Of a DNA stretch of 64,000 nucleotides, positions 58,611-64,000 are shown in pieces. The stretch lies in contig CBDCTH010000004.1 of the NCBI GenBank assembly GCA_965222155.1, positions 96,001 to 160,000 of the forward strand, given 5' to 3'. The notes under the pieces were generated by a model. The model was given only the letters and a program-made list of their open reading frames with translations. It had not been told where the DNA came from and did not search any database. Source of the DNA: Gammaproteobacteria bacterium. Its GTDB lineage: Bacteria; Pseudomonadota; Gammaproteobacteria; Eutrophobiales; Eutrophobiaceae. Made by a program: the position numbers and the translations under genes. The stretch's first letter is position 1; every line of letters begins with the position of its first letter.

Positions 58611-59669
58611 ATGCCAAAAAATCGTCACCAGCCCGTATTTGATTTAAACGAGCGCAGTTTGTTATTGTTTAAATCCCTGGTTGAGCATTTCATCCAGGAT
58701 GGTCATCCCGTGGGTTCGCGTACCCTGGCTCGGGATACGGGTCTGGCTTTAAGCCCGGCAACCATCCGCAATGTGATGGCTGACCTGGAAGACATGGGAT
58801 TATTGCACTCTCCTCATACTTCAGCCGGACGTATTCCCACGGTGCGCGGGTACCGCCTGTTCGTTGACAGCATGCTCCGGGTTGAACAACTGCAGGAAAG
58901 GGAAGTGCAGCGCATGGCGCGGGAAATGGCTGCGGAAGTTGATATCCAGCACCTGGTAGTACGCGCCTCAAGCCTGCTATCCGATATTACCAAACTGGCA
59001 GCGGTCGTCATGCTGCCCCGCAAGCGGCAGAGTTCGCTTGAGCACATTGAGTTCATCACCCTTTCAGAGAATCGAATTCTTGTCATACTGGTTTTAAGCA
59101 ACAAGGAGATCCAGAACAGGATCATACACACGGCAAAAACCTATACTCAATCACAGTTGCAACAGACTGCAAACTATCTTAATGCCACCTGTCGCGGCAA
59201 GGACCTGGAAACGATCCGGATCGATGTGCTGAGTGACCTGAGAAAGTTGAAGGAAGACGTCAATGAATTGATGCAGACAGCCATCGAAATGGCGCAACAC
59301 GCCTTTGTTGCCCCTTCTACCGAGGGTGAAGTCGTAATCTCAGGTCATACCAACCTGATGGGTGTGGCGGATCTTAGCGACCTGGATAAACTGAGACGAT
59401 TATTCGAGAGCTTCAACCAGAAACGGGATATCCTGCACTTGCTGGAAAATGCGATTAGCGCCAAGGGCGTACAAATATTCATTGGCGAGGAGTCGGGCTA
59501 TGAGGTTCTGGATAATTGCAGTATCGTCACCTCCCCATACAAGGATGGAGGACAAGTCCTCGGCGTGCTGGGTGTAATAGGCCCTACCCGCATGGATTAT
59601 GAAAGAATCATTCCGGCCGTAGACGTGACCGCCAGAATACTGGGCTCGATCTTGAATTCTGCGGATTAG
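58611..59669 (+). CDS. hrcA: Heat-inducible transcription repressor
   Basis: PVGSR, SPATIRNVMADLE, PHTSAGRIPT, GPTRMDY. Confidence 0.97.
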   Translation: MPKNRHQPVFDLNERSLLLFKSLVEHFIQDGHPVGSRTLARDTGLALSPATIRNVMADLEDMGLLHSPHTSAGRIPTVRGYRLFVDSMLRVEQLQEREVQRMAREMAAEVDIQHLVVRASSLLSDITKLAAVVMLPRKRQSSLEHIEFITLSENRILVILVLSNKEIQNRIIHTAKTYTQSQLQQTANYLNATCRGKDLETIRIDVLSDLRKLKEDVNELMQTAIEMAQHAFVAPSTEGEVVISGHTNLMGVADLSDLDKLRRLFESFNQKRDILHLLENAISAKGVQIFIGEESGYEVLDNCSIVTSPYKDGGQVLGVLGVIGPTRMDYERIIPAVDVTARILGSILNSAD

Positions 59670-59807
59670 CCTATATCTTTCATACGCAAGTAGCGCGGAG
59701 TCGTATTTACGCGCCTCCACAGGTATTGTTGGCATGAGGAACATCCCGTTCATTAAAAGTATTCCTGACAATACCGATTCAATGGGCAAAATAATGGGTT
59801 AATCATT

Positions 59808-60407
59808 ATGGTTGAAGAAAAAAAACAAACAGGCAACGGAGTGGGAACCGGACAGGCTGAGAATTCTCCCGCAGTAGAAGCGTATCCCGAAGAAGTCGAA
59901 GTCGAGGCAGGTGCCCGGGAACCGGAGCAGGCTGTTCCTGACGAAATTGCCGACCTGTCGCAGGAAAATGAACGATTAAAATTAGAAGTACGGGAAAGTA
60001 TTGATAAAGCGTTACGGGCCACTGCGGAACTGGATAATATTCGTAAACGCACGTCCCGTGACATCGAAAATGCCCATAAATATGCGCTGGAAAGATTCGT
60101 CAATGAATTATTACCGGTTGTAGACAGTATGGAGTTGGGCATTAACGCGTCACAATCAGCGGAAGATATCGAGAGTTTACGAGAAGGGATGGACCTGACC
60201 CTGAAAAAGCTTTTCGATTGCCTGGGCAAGTTTGGGGTAAACGCCATTGACCCGGCCGGTGACAAGTTCGATCCTGAATGGCATCAAGCCGTTTCTATGC
60301 AGGAGCTGGAAGGCAGTGATTCGGGCCAGGTTATAACCGTGATGCAGAAAGGCTATGAGTTGAACGGGCGGCTGATAAGGCCGGCCATGGTCGTGGTGGC
60401 GAAATAA
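59808..60407 (+). CDS. grpE: Nucleotide exchange factor GrpE
   Basis: AELDNIRKR, FDPEWHQA, QKGY.LNGRLIRPAMVVV. Confidence 0.97.
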   Translation: MVEEKKQTGNGVGTGQAENSPAVEAYPEEVEVEAGAREPEQAVPDEIADLSQENERLKLEVRESIDKALRATAELDNIRKRTSRDIENAHKYALERFVNELLPVVDSMELGINASQSAEDIESLREGMDLTLKKLFDCLGKFGVNAIDPAGDKFDPEWHQAVSMQELEGSDSGQVITVMQKGYELNGRLIRPAMVVVAK

Positions 60408-60426
60408 TCAATATTGGCCTGCCATG

Positions 60427-60455
60427 CTTGAATTTCAGCACTATGGCCCACATAT
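60427..60455 (+). promoter_or_regulatory. Sigma32-like promoter of dnaK
   Basis: CTTGAA-N14-CCCACATAT. Confidence 0.65.
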
Positions 60456-60551
60456 ACCCGTTATCCCGCGTATTGCGCCGGCGGCTACATGAGTCACATC
60501 GGGGTTACATACAGAAATAAAACAGTTAGGAATATCAAAGAGGCTTGAAAG

Positions 60552-62492
60552 ATGAGCAAAATAATCGGTATAGACCTGGGCACGACTAATTCCTGTGTTG
60601 CGGTGTTGGAAGGCGGTCAGGCCAGAGTCATTGAAAACAGTGAGGGCGGTCGAACCACACCGTCTATTGTCGCGTTTTCCGACGACGACGAAGTCCTCGT
60701 GGGGCAGTCGGCCAAGCGCCAGGGGGTTACCAACCCCGACAAGACATTATTTGCGGTCAAACGATTAATCGGCCGGCGTTATGAGGACAAGGTAGTGCAA
60801 AAGGATATGGATATGGTCTCGTATAAAATCGTAAAAGCGGACAACGGTGATGCCTGGGTGGAAATAAAGGGCAAAAAGATGGCGCCCCCGGAGGTCTCGG
60901 CGCGCGTCCTGATGAAAATGAAACAGACAGCCGAGGATTACCTGGGAGAAAAGGTCACTGAGGCGGTGATTACCGTTCCGGCCTATTTCAATGATTCGCA
61001 ACGCCAGGCAACCAAGGATGCAGGAAAGATCGCGGGTCTGGAAGTGCGGCGCATCATCAATGAACCGACGGCCGCAGCCCTGGCCTACGGCATGGACAAG
61101 AAACATGGAGACTCCAGGATAGCCGTTTACGATCTGGGTGGCGGTACCTTTGACGTATCCATTATTGAAATCGCCGAAGTGGATGGTGAACACCAGTTTG
61201 AGGTGTTGTCCACTAATGGCGATACGTTTTTGGGCGGAGAGGATTTTGATCTGCGTATCATCGATTTTCTCTGTGATGAATTCAAGAAGGACCAGGGAAT
61301 CGATCTGCATAATGATCCCCTGGCGCTGCAACGCTTGAAGGAGGCTGCGGAAAAGGCAAAGATAGAGCTGTCGTCCAGCCAGCAGACTGACATAAACCTG
61401 CCTTATATCACGGCAGACTCCGGTGGTCCGAAGCATCTCAACATCAAGCTGAGTCGTTCCAGGCTCGAGGCGCTCGTGGGAGACCTGGTTGAACGCACCA
61501 TTCAACCGTGCCGCGTGGCCCTGGAAGATGCCGGATTTCCCGCATCGGATATCTCCGACGTTATCCTGGTGGGCGGTCAGACCCGTATGCCCAAGGTGCA
61601 GGAGAAGGTCAAGGATTTCTTCGGTAAGGAACCGCGCAAGGACGTCAACCCGGATGAAGCCGTCGCGGTCGGCGCGGCGATCCAGGCTGGCGTACTGGGC
61701 GGTGACGTGAAAGACGTGCTGTTGCTTGATGTAACGCCGCTTTCGCTGGGTATCGAGACTCTGGGCGGCGTGATGACCAAGCTTATCGACAAGAATACGA
61801 CCATTCCGACCAAGGCGCAGCAGGTATTCTCCACTGCGGACGATAACCAGACCGCGGTGACGGTACACGTCCTGCAGGGTGAGCGTGAGATGGTCGCGGG
61901 CAATAAATCGCTGGGCCGGTTTGACCTGACGGATATTCCGTCTGCGCCTCGGGGCATACCCCAGATTGAAGTGGCTTTTGATATTGATGCCAACGGTATA
62001 TTGAACGTATCGGCAAAGGACAAGGCAACAGGTAAGGAACAGTCTATCGTGATCAAGGCTTCCAGCGGGCTATCGGACGAGGAAATCAATAATATGGTCA
62101 AGGACGCGGAGGCTCATGCCGAGGAAGACCGGCAGGCAAAGGAACTGGTCGAGTCCCGTAACCTGGCGGAGAACCTGGTGTATTCAACGAAGAAATCCAT
62201 TGACGAATTGGGCGACAAGGTCGAAGAACAGGAGAAAAAGGACATCGAAGCCGCCATTGCCGACGTCGAAGAAGCCGTGAAAGGGAATGACAAGGAGGTC
62301 ATAGAGGAAAAAACCCGGAAACTGACTGAAGTTGCGGGTAAACTGGCGGAGAAGGCGTACCAACAGGCTGCGGCTGCCGACGCCAACGCCAATGCCAACG
62401 GCGAAGATAATCCTGCAGAAGCGAATAACGGCGCCGGCAACGAGGATGTTGTTGATGCTGAATTCGAGGAAGTGGATGACAACAAGAAGTAA
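60552..62492 (+). CDS. dnaK: Chaperone DnaK
   Basis: [24 protein letters not shown]. Confidence 0.99.
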   Translation: MSKIIGIDLGTTNSCVAVLEGGQARVIENSEGGRTTPSIVAFSDDDEVLVGQSAKRQGVTNPDKTLFAVKRLIGRRYEDKVVQKDMDMVSYKIVKADNGDAWVEIKGKKMAPPEVSARVLMKMKQTAEDYLGEKVTEAVITVPAYFNDSQRQATKDAGKIAGLEVRRIINEPTAAALAYGMDKKHGDSRIAVYDLGGGTFDVSIIEIAEVDGEHQFEVLSTNGDTFLGGEDFDLRIIDFLCDEFKKDQGIDLHNDPLALQRLKEAAEKAKIELSSSQQTDINLPYITADSGGPKHLNIKLSRSRLEALVGDLVERTIQPCRVALEDAGFPASDISDVILVGGQTRMPKVQEKVKDFFGKEPRKDVNPDEAVAVGAAIQAGVLGGDVKDVLLLDVTPLSLGIETLGGVMTKLIDKNTTIPTKAQQVFSTADDNQTAVTVHVLQGEREMVAGNKSLGRFDLTDIPSAPRGIPQIEVAFDIDANGILNVSAKDKATGKEQSIVIKASSGLSDEEINNMVKDAEAHAEEDRQAKELVESRNLAENLVYSTKKSIDELGDKVEEQEKKDIEAAIADVEEAVKGNDKEVIEEKTRKLTEVAGKLAEKAYQQAAAADANANANGEDNPAEANNGAGNEDVVDAEFEEVDDNKK

Positions 62493-63623
62493 ATGGTTGC
62501 GAAACGAGACTACTATGATGTTCTTGGCGTATCAAAAAATGCGTCCGATGCTGAAATAAAAAAGGCATTTCGCCGTTTGGCAATGAAGTACCATCCGGAC
62601 CGCAATCCGGATAATAGCGAGGCGGAAGATAAATTCAAGGAGGCAAAGGAAGCCAATGATATCCTGAGCGATCAGCAGAAACGGGCAGCCTATGATCAAT
62701 TCGGCCATGCCGGCGTCAGTACCTCCGCCGGCGAGTCGAGCGCCCAGGGAAACAGCGGTTTCGGCGATATTTTCGACAGTGTTTTCGGCGATATATTCGG
62801 CGCGCAAGGGCGCGGCGGCCAGCGCGTCCGGTCCGGGGCAAACCTGCGTTACGACCTGGAAATGAGTCTGGAGGGCGCTATCGCCGGCACAACGATCAAG
62901 ATACGGGTACCCAAGCTGGTAACCTGCAATTCCTGTTCCGGCAGCGGCGCCAGGCGGGGTTCAAGTCCGGTTCAGTGTCCTAACTGTAACGGCGGCGGCC
63001 AGGTCCGTATGCAACAAGGTTTTTTCTCGGTGCAGCAGACTTGCCCGAAATGCCGTGGCCAGGGAAAAATCATCAGTGATCCGTGCAATACCTGCCGTGG
63101 GCAGGGGCGCACCCGGGATAGCAAGACCATCTCCGTGAAAGTCCCGCCCGGTGTTGATACGGGTGACCGGATTCGCCTGTCAGGTGAGGGGGAAGCCGGG
63201 GAGTTCGGCGCTCCCTCCGGTGATTTGTATGTGCATGTCATCGTCAGGGAACATGAGATATTTACTCGCGAGGGTTCGGATATTTTCTGCGAGATTCCAG
63301 TCAGTTTTGCCGCAGCTGCTCTGGGTCGGGAAATAGAAATTCCGACCCTGGACGGCAAAGTCAAACTGAGGATCCCGCCGGAAACCCAGAGCGGCAAATT
63401 ATTTCGCCTGCGCGGCAAAGGCGTACGCTCTGTCAGGTCATCGGCAAAGGGTGATTTGTTATGCCGCGTGGCTGTTGAGACCCCCGTGAATTTAAGCACC
63501 AGACAAAAAGACTTATTGGAACAATTGGAAGAATCCATGCTGGAAGATGACAAGCGTTATCGTCCCAGAGCCAGCAACTGGTTCGACAGCGTGAAGAAAT
63601 TCTTTGATAATGCCAGCCAGTAA
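62493..63623 (+). CDS. dnaJ: Chaperone DnaJ
   Basis: HPD J-domain, four CxxCxGxG repeats. Confidence 0.99.
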   Translation: MVAKRDYYDVLGVSKNASDAEIKKAFRRLAMKYHPDRNPDNSEAEDKFKEAKEANDILSDQQKRAAYDQFGHAGVSTSAGESSAQGNSGFGDIFDSVFGDIFGAQGRGGQRVRSGANLRYDLEMSLEGAIAGTTIKIRVPKLVTCNSCSGSGARRGSSPVQCPNCNGGGQVRMQQGFFSVQQTCPKCRGQGKIISDPCNTCRGQGRTRDSKTISVKVPPGVDTGDRIRLSGEGEAGEFGAPSGDLYVHVIVREHEIFTREGSDIFCEIPVSFAAAALGREIEIPTLDGKVKLRIPPETQSGKLFRLRGKGVRSVRSSAKGDLLCRVAVETPVNLSTRQKDLLEQLEESMLEDDKRYRPRASNWFDSVKKFFDNASQ

Positions 63624-63698
63624 TAATACGGGTCGTCATTCCGGCGAACGCCGGAATCCAGTAGAATAACCGTCTCGAAGAGACACATTATTTCACTC

Positions 63699-64000
63699 AT
63701 GATCAAAGCAGGAATATGCGGCGCCGCGGGCAGGATGGGAAAAACCATCCAGGAAGTCATTGATGCGACAGACGGTGTCGCGGTCGGCGCGGCCATAGAA
63801 CAGGAAGGCTCGCCCATGCTCGGCCTGGATGCCGGCGAAGTGGCCGGTATCGGCAGGCAGGGTGTCAGCATAACGGATGACATCGAAGCCGTCATGAACG
63901 ACTTTGATGTTCTGATAGACTTCACCCAGGCCGATGCAGTGCTGGAAAACCTGGAATTTTGCCGCGCCGGCAAAAAAAGAGTGGTCATCGGCACAACCGG
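63699..64000 (+). CDS. dapB: 4-hydroxy-tetrahydrodipicolinate reductase, 3' truncated by the window edge
   Basis: MIKAGICGAAGRMGK...DVLIDFT...VIGTT; follows dnaJ. Confidence 0.93.
   Translation, partial: MIKAGICGAAGRMGKTIQEVIDATDGVAVGAAIEQEGSPMLGLDAGEVAGIGRQGVSITDDIEAVMNDFDVLIDFTQADAVLENLEFCRAGKKRVVIGTT

Noticed and set aside
60765-61868. Long antisense ORFs opposite dnaK, transposases and glycosyltransferases
   Set aside because: Typical shadow ORFs of GC-rich coding strands, with no motifs.

Overview
The window has two parts. Bases ~1-39,400 are a decaying accessory/defence-type island. It holds remnants of a glycosyltransferase/sulfotransferase locus, at least 9 toxin-antitoxin-like modules (MNT-HEPN, three AbiE pairs, two Phd-VapC, AbrB-VapC, Fic, PemK), two ParA + small-partner operons, an HATPase-STAS-PIN triad, whole or fragmentary IS5, IS21, IS30, IS630, IS91 and ISNCY-like elements, a 250-bp MITE in three copies and many REP-like palindromes. 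Bases ~39,600-64,000 are conserved gammaproteobacterial core genes (nagZ, mscS, dapF, xerC, smpB, ratAB, bamE, fur, riboswitch-controlled B12 uptake genes, recN, nadK, hrcA-grpE-dnaK-dnaJ, dapB). The most striking item is a minus-strand cassette at ~29,580-30,500: an orphan PemK/MazF-fold toxin with no protein antitoxin. It is preceded by a chimeric tRNA-like gene (Ser-type body, Ile GAU anticodon loop, clamped by two perfect hairpins) and followed by a separately promoted, terminated, highly structured ~185-nt RNA. This is a candidate RNA-antitoxin (type III-like) or tRNA-decoy system. All family assignments come from motif recognition by eye; no searches were run.
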